DNA from: Antedon mediterranea
Taxonomy: Eukaryota; Animalia; Echinodermata
Assembly: GCF_964355755.1 (NCBI RefSeq)
Contig: NC_092673.1
Location: 1,612,001 to 1,676,000 of the forward strand
Direction: 5' to 3'
Length of the DNA stretch: 64,000 nucleotides
Part shown: positions 24,101 to 39,100 of the stretch, piece by piece
How the letters are laid out: the number at the start of each line of letters is the position of its first letter
Position numbering within the stretch: the stretch's first letter is position 1
Made by a program: the position numbers and the translations under genes
The notes under the pieces: generated by a model
What the model was told of the DNA's origin: nothing
Database searches by the model: none
What the model saw: the letters and a program-made list of their open reading frames with translations, nothing else

Positions 24101-27100
24101 TTTTTAATAATTGCTACAGTATCACCTCATGACGCCAAAATGGAAAGCTATTGCACATAGAAAGAAAACTAGATGCATATATCTTAAAAATAATTGATAA
24201 TAAAATAAACAATTTTATCATAATTTATCACAATAAAAATGTTTTTTAATAAACAGTTACAAACTTTTTAAAAAAAAATAAACAGTTACAAACTGTAATA
24301 ATATTTTTGATTATAGTGAATTCTTTTCTCAATATAATTTGAATATTATAATCAGCAACTTGTGACGATATTTGTACTGGTAGAGATGACAGATGTTGAT
24401 TTTAATAATCGGCTGATGCAAAAAACAATAATGAACAAATTGAAATTAATAATTATTAATACATTAATTTAATGATGTTTTAGACAACATAACAATTATG
24501 ATACAATACAAGTAATATTTTATAGTAATATTTTAAAAAGAAATAGCGAGTTGTTGTATTAAGAGGCCTACAGTACAGTAACTCTATAGTTATTATTTTA
24601 TAGTATTTTATATAAATTACTGACAAAATGTCAATGCTCTGAGTATCTTAGTCTGGGTTCCAGACGGAGTTTTGTCTTAATATTAGTTAAAAGATAATAT
24701 TTTGGCACATATGGCGTTTCATACGTATACTACTTGATTTTGGATACTCCGTCTGGGGAAACACGCACAAGTCACATGGTTTGACACCAAGAATTCTTGG
24801 TGCATACGATTATCCGGTTGACTAGTTTCAGCTGCATGCGATTGGCTACTCTCTCGTACACCGTTTAAATATTCATATTTAAGCAACAAATAAGATGATG
24901 CGCATGCGCTATGTTACGTTTAGACAATGTGTACTTGGGTACATTTATGAAAGTTCTGAAGGCTAGAAATTATTTTATATGCCTAGTAGTCTGGTAAACA
25001 TTTGATGGGATCTTTGAAACATGAAAACTCGTCTTGATATATGATAGGCTAGCTTCTCCGCAAATCAAACATTGAATGGATCATTTATTACGCGGAGATA
25101 ATTTTGATTTAATTCCCACCCAGACCCTGTCCTGTTCTGTGTGGTGGTGTAGCCCTGTTGTGTGCCGGTGGTATGTAGGCCTACTTCATTGGCGTTTTAT
25201 TTGGCAGGTCATACGTGCGAGTTGAGTAGGACCTACGAAAGAGGCAAGGCCAAGGACTAAACAATTAATAAACAAAACAACTTGGCATTACTATTTTATA
25301 TTTCAACAGTCTCGATCGTACATTAAGCACTGGTAGGCCTACGTACTCAATCTCTTTCATTTTGAAACAAAATGATCATTGGTTGATTCGAAATCCATAT
25401 TTACATACCGCCCGCCCCATATAGCCAAATACGGTATGATAACCTACGTCATTCTTATCGTATGTTTGCGGTCTGCAAATCGATTTCTATACGTGTTTCA
25501 CAAGTCTGTATTTTCAGACAAAAATCGCGGTCGAAATAAAAACAAATAAATAAAAAAAAAAAGATAATACAGACTTGGGGCAAGTCTATGAGTATCTGTG
25601 TCTGGATCTCAATGGAGATACAAAATAAAATTAAACTTCAAAGCAAAAAGCTAAATTAAAACGATAAAGTAAAATAGCCAGAAAAATTAGTATAGCTTTA
25701 GCAGAGTTATTTAATATAGTTTTATTTTATATATTTACTTTGGTGTTTCACTATGGGCTTGTTTCTGCTGCATAATGCCTAGTCTGGGTTCCATACGGAG
25801 TTTTGTCTTAATATTAGTAAAAAGATAAATATTTTGTATACTACTTGAGCTTGGATTTTGAGACAAAAATCCAAATAAAAACAAGTAAATAGAAAAAAGG
25901 ACAATGAATACAGACTTGGGGCAATTCTACATAATGCATAATAATTCATTATTTTATTATTTATGGTAACGGTATAATCATTAGCTATAACACATCAAAT
26001 TAATTTAAATCTCATTAAGACATCACGCCTTATTCCAACGCAACTTGTGACACATCAGACTCAGTCAGGTAAAAGTGTAGTTTTAGGCCCTGTTCAGACC
26101 CATGGCGTTAGACCGTTTTAGCGTACGACGCTAAAAGAATGTGTGTCTGAACAGTTGGGGATTAGCGTACAACGCGTCGTACAACGGTTGTAGCGTTGTA
26201 GTGGAAAACGGTTGATAGTACCGTTTTAGCGTACGACGCTACTGTAAGTCAACGTTGTATCCAATCAGAACGTTTCCTGGTATGACGCGAAACAAGGTTT
26301 GACCTAGGCTGACATCTTGTATCGTCAATGTGTGAGATGGATTTCAATAACAAAAAGGCCAGAATAAATAAGGCCTAACTACACTACAAATACAACTGTT
26401 ACAAAGGCTACAAACTATTATCAACTGATTACCATTATATTTTCTAACAAATGACATAAATACATGCACCTTGTATTTAAACATAGGGACTACGATCCCA
26501 TCCGCTTTTAGGCCTAGCTAGGCCTAGAGCCATTCACGCATTTCATTCAAGCTAAAAACTAGCGTGGGACATCAAGTCACTCATTCATACAAGGCAGACT
26601 AGACTGGACAAGTTTAATGCTGAAAACCCCCTAACTCCTAAAAAAATCAGTAAACAAACAAGGGGAGCTGTGTCCCTTTTATTAGCAAGTTAAGGGTTAT
26701 TTTCAACCGACTGGACCAAAGAATATATATCTTTTTGACTGGACTGGATAGACTAATCAACAATCTTTTTTTTCTTCATCATTAATTACGAGGCCTGCTT
26801 TATTTTCGTAACAGTCAATAGCCTGGGGAAAATGTTTTTTACTACAAAATAAAAACAATAGAAACAGAAATTATTTGGCTTTACTATATTTTTCTTAAAT
26901 AAATGCTGAGGTATGTTTTATTTACGGCAAGTTTTGTCATAATTGTAGGGCTGAGATCTAGGCCTATATACAGTGGAAATAATGATGAAAACACGTGGGT
27001 AAGAAGAGTACATGAATATGCAACTAGAAACAACCTGGATGACGTACTTCCGTTGTAACGATAATCGTACGCTATGGGTCTGAACACCTCGTTTTTTTCT

Positions 27101-30100
27101 CTGTGGTTTGTAACGTGACCTTGATAGTAACGTTGTACGCTAAAACGGTCTAACGCCATGGGTCTGAACAGGGCCTTAGTTTGGATGTTCACAAGTCATG
27201 TGGTTTTGATTGATGTAATTTCAATTCCAGATGTTATGAACAATGTTAAGACATATAACATCCACTTTCAGATATTTCAACATACTATATGCAGTATTGT
27301 ATGAACATTATATTTCCCTGAACATTCTTTATTTCATGTTTTTATATAAAGTGTTTTTCTTTATTTATGATGTTGCAAAATGTATCAAGTATGTCAAGGT
27401 ATTTTGTATGAAAAATATTTTATAAAGTTAATAATTATTTAAATATAAAAATTAGTTATTTCTTTTTAATGCTCTCACTTTTTTTTCTTACTAGTTGACT
27501 TTCATGAGGTATTGTTGTGGTTGTGTGTATATTTTTTCCTTTTTCCCCATCTTTTTAGAAATATAATTTAAGCAGATATTGGTACGTGACAAAAGCAGTA
27601 GAAAATACTGCAGTAAATTTTAAAAAAGAACAATAACTGTAGAAGTAAAACAGTTTAAATATAAAAAATATGGAGATATAAGAGTAACAAAGCTAATAAA
27701 TATCTTGAATAAAATTTCAATTGAGTTAAAAATGTTTGATCTATAAATGTACCCACCTGTTATAAAAGTCTTCTGTTAATTTGAAGTTTAGTTATTCTCG
27801 CTTGAAGACATTTTAACAAAGTAACTTTTGTTACTCATAGTCTAATATAAACCCACAGCCTATTATAACAAAATGTAAATTTATAGACAGACAAAACATT
27901 GAATTGTGCTGTTGATTTTACTTTGTTATACGCTATATCCTTGGGTTTTGCATTGCCTATAATAAAATATTCATGCTTGCCAATTCAAGTTGAAAGTAAA
28001 AAATAGTAATACCATTTATTTCTCATTTTAAATTCATACTTAATAATAGAATAAAGAGTTATAATAGGGGATTATTATACTGGGGCAAAAAAAGCAACCC
28101 CTAAGAGAGGCAACCCTTAAATTATATATTTTAAAACGAGTATCCTATTGACTATAAACCCATATTTAAGCATATACTTAAATATATTGACCTTAAAATT
28201 AATTGTATTTATTTAATGTATTTTATTACATTTTTTAAATTGGATTTTACACATGTATGTACAGTACATACATTATTAAATATTAAAATATGAATATTCA
28301 TTGGTTACAAATTTAAATATAATACTTAATAGCAGTTTTTTTATATACTACAAACAGTGTAATATTATAATACATATTTACTGTAAATGTATTATAGTAA
28401 TTTATGTATGTATTTTATTATTATTTTCCTTTTATTGATTCATTTATTTACAATGTTTTGTTTGTTCATTTGATTGTTGAGTAACCATTCATTTTACTCG
28501 GAAGTACTTCTAATGATGGACGGAACGTGATGATTGTTTTTTTGGGGAGTTCCGTCAGAAAAGGAAGTTACTAACTTTTAAACCATATGATCGTATTTTA
28601 ACATTTCTAAGTTGAACGGTCTGTCTTACAAATTAGCTCATTTTATTTTTTTATTTTAAACATTATTTATAACTATCAATCATGTACTGTATTGTAAATT
28701 ACTTTCCTAAGCTGAATGGTTTATCTCACAAAATTTCATTTTATTTTTAAACTTCTAAATATATTAAATTATATAAATCCAAAAACAAATTATCGAAAAA
28801 GTGACAATGCTGTGGGTACTAAATCAAAACAATAAAGTAAAATAGCCAGAAAAGTTAGCAGAGCTTTCAGGCAACACTAGCCCTTCATCAGTGCAAGTGA
28901 AAGTTCTTGGACAAAGATAGATAGATAGATAAATGAAATTATATAAATATTTGTATTTGTAAATTTTAAATCATCCTCACGAACGCTGAACGTCTTGCGA
29001 CGTATTTCATATAACAAAAATTCTCCAATCAGAGCGATTATTTGCTTAAGCATACACTTATTTATTTTTCTTTTCATATAATTTTCTATAATTTTTATCA
29101 ATGTTGTTTTGAGTCGTCCTCTTGGTCTCATAGATTTGGATAGAGCTCTTTGCCCTGGGTTATCAGACGAAGATGAAATATAAAATACAAAATTAACAGA
29201 ATGTATAAGCCAACATGTTATTACTATTAAAATTTAAAATACAATAATATTTTAACAAGTTAGATCTTTGATTTTCCACTAATTTTACCCAAAATTAATT
29301 TCTATATTCTATTTGATCTTGGCTAATAAATCTACATACAAGTACTGGGCATAAAATCATGCCAATTCCAAAACAGAGATGCCAACATTTCATTTGAATA
29401 TATCATACATAAAAAAATTAGTTCAGTCAGGATAGAAAAACATTTTTATAATTCAAAGTTTAAAATCATTGGCATGTAATTATTAATTAATGATAAATCT
29501 GGTAATAGCATAATTTATAATTGAATGTGGTATTCATTTATTATCGTCATCCTGGTATTAATCGTAAAAGGTTTGTATGTAGTACCATCAGGCTAATTAA
29601 TTCAACAAGTATATCTGTTCTATCTGACCTTTGAACTTTTTATGGTTGATTTTACAGTATGTTGTAAAAGCCTTCAGGATATAATTATAAAGAATATTTA
29701 ATTTAGGGCAAGATTGGTAAATAACAGTTCATTAGTTTTGTTTCCAATCGTAATAAGTAAAATATTGTTGCATAATTTTGAAAATACTAGTCCAAAAAAT
29801 ATTTATAATATAAATTTAACAGGCATAGATAAATTTATCATAGGATTGTGGATTGTTTAAATGTTGTGTAACACATTTGTTACGATATTTAATAATTTAA
29901 AAATAAAAATTTCAATTTTAAATAGTAAATACTCTTTTTAGCGATTTCTTAAGCGCGTCCATTGTATTTTAAATCTCAATTTTTCACTTCCTGTTTATGA
30001 TTGGTGTTTCCCACCAAACAAAATAATGGAATACCCCAGAATAAATTATCCTGGTAATTATATTTTAACCCTATTTAAAGAATGGAAGAGTCTAGAGTGA

Positions 30101-33100
30101 CAAATATGCTTGTTTTAGTAGTTCTATACCTCTAACCCTTGGAACAAATTTGCTGTTTTTATCTATGTTTATAAGGGGAGTGATTCTTAATATACTTTGC
30201 TTATTATTCTGAACTATACATGGAAATATTTAGGTTGCAATGTTATTTTTTAATAATATTAATAATATCAAATAAAGTAATGACAATTTATGACATTTAA
30301 AGCATTTATATATTTATATTAAAATGAAGTATTTCAACTTAAGTTTGTTCATATTGTTTATATCAATATTCTAATAATACTATAGTATTATAGTAATAAT
30401 AGTATAGATATTGATTTATATCATGATATTAAATTAACATAGTTTTATACATACAAGGAGAAAATGGAAAAATCTAATTTATGATAATATTAACATAATT
30501 TACTTGTGCCCGTATTTTTTTAAATGAATTTTATATTATTAATTAATGATACCATTCTTTGCTATTGTATGAACACATGTCATAAATTATAATTTTGTAT
30601 TATATCAAAAACTGTATATTTATGTGTAAATAATGTACCTGCATCATATAGTACACATTGTCATATACATACAATAAATCAATCTTATTATACAACCAGG
30701 CTGAGTGCCAGGCTTATCAAGCTTGGGGTCAAGGTTCAAATCCAATTCTTACACAAGGACTTAATTTAATTAATAAATTACAATAGACATTGTTAATTGA
30801 AAATAATTTAATTATTTTTTAAAATTTATAACATAAACTTACAAGTTTAACAACTAGATACTTAAAACAAAGTTAAAATTTATTTTTAAATTTTCTAATA
30901 ATAATATGCTTAACTTTGATAAACTTTTGAAAATTCAAAATAATGCATTTATGATTGAAATTGATAATTTATTATTTTCCTGTACACAAATATTGCACTT
31001 AAAAACAAACTATGTTTTAGTTATATTTAAGGCTAGATGCAAGTTTTAATGAATAGTGAGTCATCTAAAGGGTAGAGGGCTATAAGTTAAAGTATAAACA
31101 TCTGGAGAACTGTAGATTCAGAAATAGTGTATTCATAAATATTTATAATACCGGTACTAAGAAGTACGGCAAAGGAAAATAGCAGACTTCGCAATTTAAT
31201 CATTTTGTTAGTGCTAAGGCTATCTTGTTTATTTCTTTTTATTTACAAATAATTTTGTAAATTCGAATTCCAAGTTTCTCTTTTAAATATGAATAAATTA
31301 TAAACTACACTACAACTAAACTACAGACTATCAAAGAATTTTAAACATAATATTAATATTAATATTATACCAATAGAAATCACATGTAAAACATTTATTA
31401 TATTATTTAGTAATAATATTTCATTTCTAAAATAAACAATAATTCCTTTATTAAAAATATCTATTTGACATATTTTGTATAATCCGACGAATCATTGGCG
31501 AAATAATACTATCTATAAAGTGGACTTAATCTATTACTGTATAGTGTGTCGTTATTTATATAAGATAATGAAATCTAACTCCTCAATCGCAAGTGATTCA
31601 TATTTTACCACATGCAGAGAAGCTGCTCTGTTACTGAAAATCATTGGCAATTAGAGCGAACAAAATTATGATGTATTATTTATATTGAACGCAACAGTGT
31701 TATTAACCCTGTTATGTACTTCTTCCTAGAAATGATGATTACATTTTAAACTGCAATAACATTTAGTTTTTATGCAATAATTTGTTTACAAAAATTAATT
31801 GTCAAATATTTTAAATTTTGTTTCCACTAGATATATTTTTGAATAAATTATAATATAATTATCTGATTTCTCTATAATTACTATATACAAATTTAGTACA
31901 CTGTGACTTATCATCAAAGTAGGTTTCATTTTCTTTACATTAAGGCCATACATATATTTTTGTTCTTTGGTATAAAACCCACACAACATTTTTAAAGAGA
32001 GCGAGACAGATTCTGTTTAGCAGTTATTTTAATAAACAAAAATATTGTATCTGCGTTTAATTTTCTTTTTTGATAGACTTGATAGATCGAGTTTGATTTA
32101 GGTACAGTACCTGTAATTACCTGTGGATTATCTTTAAATTAATACACTACCCTTTGACCTTTAATTCCTATTGTTACTTTTGTGATGATAATGAGTTACT
32201 GATTCCAATACATGACGGAGCATTCACATAAAAAACAAAACCCTCTATTGTATGTTTGCCAGAGTTTAGTTGCCACTGCTTTATTTCTTTTGTGTAAGTT
32301 TATATAATTACATACATTTAGAAAAAAAATTTGTGAATGTTCAGATAAAGTTTTAATTTAATAAATAACATTCCCTATCATCAAATAAAAATATTTTAAA
32401 TTTGGTTTCCACTAGATATTTTTTAATATATCATATACAGTAGTATAATTAAAGCCCCATTCCCTACGTTTTTTAGATCTAATTTAAGATCACAAACTAT
32501 ATTTAATGTAAAAATAATACTATATGGTCCTATTGCGATAACTTTTTTCGTCTTTAAACGGTTCAAAATGTGAAAAATAAGTCGATTCTAATAATTATAG
32601 CGGCCCGCTATAAATCCCAAAATGCATTGCGCGCGGATTGATATTTTTGTTTTTCACCTGTAATTCGCCCACTTTTCGATCGATCGTGAGGCCAAAACAA
32701 ATGGAAGACTCCTAACTTTTCAGCGAAAATACCGGGTTTTCCCCAATTTGTATCAACGGAGTCTGGCAAAAATAGAAAGACAATTAATGCAGCAACTATA
32801 CAACGTCAGGCTAGGTATATAGCTCGCGTACGATGTTCGTACGTTACCGATGTTTACCAGCTAGGCCTACAAAACTAAGCCTAGCTAGGCTAGGCCTAAG
32901 ACCGTCCACGAGAGGTCGATCGCCGCGAGCTACTTAGGTAGTGCATTGTTTCTCACTTTTTATCATAATTTACCATAAAACGTACATTTAAGACAAGGAA
33001 TGACATGGTTTAATGTTTTTAAAGTGATATATATGTATTATTTTCCAAAAAACGTCCAAAATTGCAGGGAAGGGGTCTTTAACTGATTTCTCTATAGAGT

Positions 33101-36100
33101 ATACATATTTATTGCACTGTGACTTAAGTAGGTTTCATTCTGTTAATTAGGCATAGAAGAAATTCTGAACCACTCAGAAATTAAATAATTTGTTTAAACA
33201 AAGATGAGGAAACCTGTGAGAATGTCAAAAAAAGCTGTCCCAACCAAGATTCGAACCTGGAACCTTCTATCGTTTGCGTCAATATTCTCTATTTCCTTTC
33301 AGTTACCATAATGTATTCTTCTTTCTTTTTTAGTATATAAATTATAACATTTTTTTTTTATGAAGATACTTTAACCTGAATTTTATTTGTATTTTTGGTA
33401 AATTTTAAGTTCTTCTTAGAAAGTGTACAATACATGATTGAATAGAGATCAGAATTTCATAACAAGGGAATTGTTCCCTGTCGCCAGAAGCAGGTATTGT
33501 TGAAATGCTTGAATTTCCTCCAAATAATGAAAGTGAAGGATTATATTGGTATTTATTATCCATTGAGACTTGGCCTTCAAATTATAGTAGTACATGTTAG
33601 GAAGTATCACAGGTTTCATATCATCTCATGTTGACAGCATTTATATCTTCTTCAGACTACTTCTTACAGCACTTCCTCATTCTTTATTACACAATGCAAA
33701 TTTTAAAAACATCACACATTTTAAAACAATAAAGAATCAAAACTCAGCCTGTCCGGAGATTCCTGACAATGATAAACTCTGAACTTAAGCCTTTAATAAA
33801 TTTTAAATTAAAAATTAGAATTTAAAAAAAAAGAAAGTTGAAATTTATTAAAATTAATTGTGAAATTTTAAATTTATCCTTAGTGTGTAAAACTAAAAAA
33901 TATGCAGAATGTTATTTCAGCATTTGAGTTGATTTATTTCAATTTACGAAATAAAGAGTGGGAGTATTGTCTGAGTATAAATCAATTATTTAATTTTACC
34001 GCATTGTTATGTCTGAATATCATTTTAATCAAAATACACAAGTTATTTTTGATGTGGAAATTCATGTTGAATATCATATATATATTTTAATAATCCGTCT
34101 AAATTATATTTACTGAATTAAATACTAAATTGTGTACTAAACTTTAAATGATTAATTCAATATTTGCAGTTTAGTAAACTTAGGTCAATGTTTACTAGAC
34201 TCAAACTTGTACTAATACTTAGTTAAGGTTGTTAAAATAAAAGAAACAATATTTCATAATATTTTATACAGTACGACAAACTACCTGAAGAAAAAATGTT
34301 AAATTTTGACTCATTAGAGAAATTAAATTGAATCCAAGAACAAACTTAATTTCATTTGCATAAATTAAATTTAAACCTCAATCACTGACTGTCAACCAGT
34401 ATTTGTTTTGTTTGTTTGTTTGCACAGTGTTAGTTGTTCTCCGCTGCAGTAATTTTACGACATTTTTATACATTATTTAAGAAAGAATAAAAAGTTTGTA
34501 TATTTCGTTAAGAGTATCTCAGCAGTGTTTTTCACTCGTGACTCACTTGCTGACTAGTTGCCAGGAAATTTTATATAAATGGCAAATTATTTGAAATGTT
34601 TGTTGTTACATCTGATGCATCATATCCAGATGTGCATTTGTCTAGCTTTTAATTTATTTTAATCACAAAAGAGCAAACTTAATTTTGAATTCATTTTAAT
34701 GTTTTCTACTTTCCAGTGCATTATTAATTCAATTTTATTCAACTGCAGTCAATAAGGCATGAATATATCGATCTTATTCATGAACTGTTGTATATTTTTA
34801 TATATTTTTGCATAATTGTATGTTCTGTTTTATCATAGAGATAATATCTCTCTATCGTATTATGTTATCAATAAACTTTGGCCAATTTTATGTATGACTC
34901 TGAATCTGAACCAGTACAGTACATTTTATGCAAATCAATGATAATACTTATTTTTATACACAGACACTTAACTGAACCATAAGTTGGTTTCAATAAGGCG
35001 GTGCTCAAAAGAAAAACACAAAAGCTTGTGCTTGTTATAGAAAAGAAAACTAGTAAACTATTGTAAACATTAACTACCTAAAGTACTTACAGTAAACAAA
35101 ATTATAAAAATGTTCTCACAATTAAAATGGAATAAAATAATAAAAAGATACCATTAATAATAATAAAAAATATAAAATTAAGTACATAAATAATAAAAAA
35201 TTTTTAATAAATAAATTTTGTTTAAATTCTTTTAGGATGAAGTCGTAGCTAACCATAATAAAGTAGTATTAAAATTACACGACCTTCTTCAATGGATATG
35301 TGAGGACCTTATCTGGCCGAACGGCACTGATACATTATGCTATGAAAAACATTCCACGAAGGAGGACTGTAGTCAACTGTGGATTTCAAGTGGACTGAAT
35401 TTCCAAGAGGTTAAAAAATGCAAACTAGAGATTGGTAGGTTGGGCATATTATTACTCATTTAATTGTATGTCAAAATATTTTTTCTGTATTTGCTGAAAA
35501 ACTATTTAAAACAAGAAATATTTCTTACAAAAAAACGCTTGTTTTAATTATTGTTCTTCAGAAATAGTGAATATCAATTATTTTTGTTTAACAATTTGCT
35601 GAAAAACTATTTAAAAAAAAGCTGATATTAAGTACCCTTTTAAATAACCACAAATTGTTGTTATAATGACAACATTAAACATTCATCAGTCACAATTAAT
35701 GTAATCAATTTAAAAATAATGATCAAATACAGTCTACATATTGATCAATTGCTAGAAAATTGAAACAAAACTGACAAATTTACAAAATAGTTAGTTCTTT
35801 GGATTTTGTTATCAAATGAGCACATTCCAAACAGCAAGTAAAACATGATTGATGTTGTCAGTGTGAGCACTCTGCTACTTGTGATTAAAATATGACCTTA
35901 GGTCGAATGTTATGCATGAGTGGGTTTGATATACTGTACCATACCTCTGTACACTGTTGCCCATTAGCTATGCTATCTACATGCATTTCATGATTTAATT
36001 TAATCTCTGATTAATTTTCTAGAAATTAATGCTTATTTTTTTACTTGTTCATTTCCTTTTGTGTTAGAGTTCACATTAATTAATTTCTTATAGGGTAATT

Positions 36101-39100
36101 TTTACAAAATAGTTTATTTAAAAATGTTTTGAAATTAATTGGTATTAAAATAAATGAATAAAATTAAAAGAAAATGATACAATGAAGTGAACAAAATATT
36201 ACAGTATTTGAATGAAAATTAAATGAACAATAAATAAATGACACATCACTGTCAAAAATATTTTCAAAGGTGGTGATATATCAATACTGAATATCTCTAT
36301 TATCATTGTCCCTTTAAGTGTCAAGTATCATGACATTATTATATGAAGTTAAAAGTTTCTTTTTAAAAAACAACATATGAAAGGATGTGTAAAATATGAT
36401 TGCAAATTAACTGACAAAGATTGTTTTAATAGATTAAAGTTTTTGATTTTAAAATTATGAGTCATCAGAAGTGAATCAGTTTATTTTGATTAAATAAATA
36501 AAATTAAAACAATTTTGAAATGGAAATATGGTTGTCATTTGTAACCTATTGGCATAGCAACACCTGTGATTTGAACTTTGACATTGGAACCAAAATAAAT
36601 CACATGGTATTGAATGAAACCTTTTAATAATTAGCCACACCCATGTGGTCACATGACTTTGATTGATGTTATTGGCAGACTGCTTCCTGTTGCTGAGGCA
36701 ATATGATATATAATTTGTGCAAACACTTCTTATCAGAGTCCCACTCAAGATATACAAACTGCCAGATAATAAAATATGAATAATTAGGTAAATTGTTAAA
36801 GTTATAACCTTTTTTGGCTCTACTATAATTTAATAGAGGCAAAAAATGGGGAATATTATTAATATTAGGGAGTTATTATTTCAAATTGCATATTAATCAA
36901 GAATTTGTTTTAGCATTATCACATAAATATTCATTTTATGGTATTTTATTAACAAACATCTTCACAGTAAATTGAATTGCTAACTTGGGTTAAAAAAAAG
37001 AAATCACTTACACATACAGTAACAAAGCCTATTCAAATAAAAGATTCAAAACTTGTTAAAATGCCAGTCAAGTAATAGTTGTATACAAATATATTTATTC
37101 ATCAAACAAACTAATAGTATTATGATTCAAGAAATGATAAAATAAACTGTCCACAAAGCAGAATGTGTTAAAAAAAACTTAACAATTAAATTTACTAAAC
37201 TACTGTATACCAATTCTGTATTTTTTCGTCATTTATTTCATAGAAAAATATGAAAATAAAAGCGATATTTTGTGTTGGTATTTTCTTCATATTTCTCCTT
37301 ACAGTAATATAGTTTTTGTCCTTGGTTTTTAATTATACTCTTTCTATACCTTAATTAATAAGCCTGTTTATTTAATAAAGAAGGTTTTTTGCCCTGAAAC
37401 TATTTACCAAGAACCTTGACATAGGCAAGTTATAAACAAATGAAATACATTAATTTAAACCTATTCTGCCTACTGCATGACTGTACTACTGTAGTCACTG
37501 GAAATATATATAGTTAAAGATGTATTGTCCCCTGAAAAAAATAATTTGTTAAAATTTTTGTGGAATATGTCATTTTAATATCACATAAAAGTCATCCACT
37601 TTGAACAAACATTTTTAAAATCTGTAATTTAAAGCAATAAAATAGTCAAAATTGGCTGCCAGCCAATGGGTTTTTGGTTGAATTTGCGAGTAAATACATT
37701 TTATGGTTTGTGGTCCAACATTAGTTTCCAAACATCCAGAACTTGTATATTGTTTGCCCCCACATTTATTTATTTAATTTTTTTCCCTAAATGTCTTGAT
37801 TTGATTGTGATTTTGTTATATTGTAATACTGAAAGTATAAAGACAATATGATTATTGGTTTCTTAATGTTTCTAAATATTATTACAGACTGGAAGAGATT
37901 TTGTTTCTGATCATGTTCTGTCTAAATGTGTCTAATCAGATCATGTTCCTCATGAATATTCATAACCTTGTGTTTCTCATGAATATTCATAACCTTGTGT
38001 TCCTCATGAATATTCATAACATTGTGTTTCTCATGAATATTCATTATCTTATGTTTCTCAATCTCATGAATATTAATAATCTCTATTGTTCTTATGATTA
38101 TTAATAATTTGATGCACACTAACTGAAAGTAATATTATTTAATTCCTTTAAGAAAATATATTGGAACTTGAAATTATATAAAAGTGACAATTAAACGGAA
38201 GCGCAGTTGAGCAAAGAATTTAGTTTATGAAATGAACAAACGATCATGGAAATCATAAAATCAAAGTGATAAATGGTAGTGGATTCAAAAGTCTTAAAAC
38301 AGTGTCTTCATTTAGGGATCACCTCATATTTCTTTCATCGTCACTTTATTTAAATAACCATTTATTAACTAACAATTTGACTAGTTTGATAAACAGACTG
38401 GTGACTAAATTGTAAAACAGCCTGTTGCAAAAATTCACGCTTCAATTCAATAAAAAAGTTCATAAAGTAACAAATTCACACTTCAATCAAAAAGTTCATG
38501 AAAACTAACATTTTGCGTTCGCTTTGTAGGAATTGAATGGCCTATGTTAGATTTTTTTGCGAGGCACTTGAGAGAATAATAAACATTTTGATTTGTGTTT
38601 TTTAAATGATTGAATGATACATTGCACACCTGTTGGGAAGCTGTACTAATGTTGAATAAAAAAAATTGTATATTAAATTATTGTTGTAAGTAATAACATA
38701 GCAAAGGTGTGGAATTAATTATGTTCATTGATGGAGCCAAAACACCACCCCCCCCCCCCACCACCCCCAGTAATATAATAATAATAATATTAATATCCTG
38801 GATTTATATAGCGTCTTATGTTGTGAAACCTCTAAGCGCTGAACATTATTATCCCAGTCATTTTTTTGGGATCAAACACGTATGGAAACATACTCCCATA
38901 ATGCAGCTAGTAATCAGCGCAAAGTTGTGTCTTGATCTAACTGGGAACACTCGTCCAAAGTGTAGTTGAATTTTCGAGCCAGAGTGCTTGACGGAATAAA
39001 ATAATTTGAAATTAAAAGCTGTCATTTTATTTACAGAAACTAAAGAGACACAAGAAAGACCAAGAGTTCATATTGTGAGCTACCCTAAATACTGTCGCTA

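Noticed and set aside
26884-27192. 102-aa ORF in the Harbinger-like element
   Set aside because: It runs through the TIR and has no DDE or Myb/SANT features; a chance ORF.
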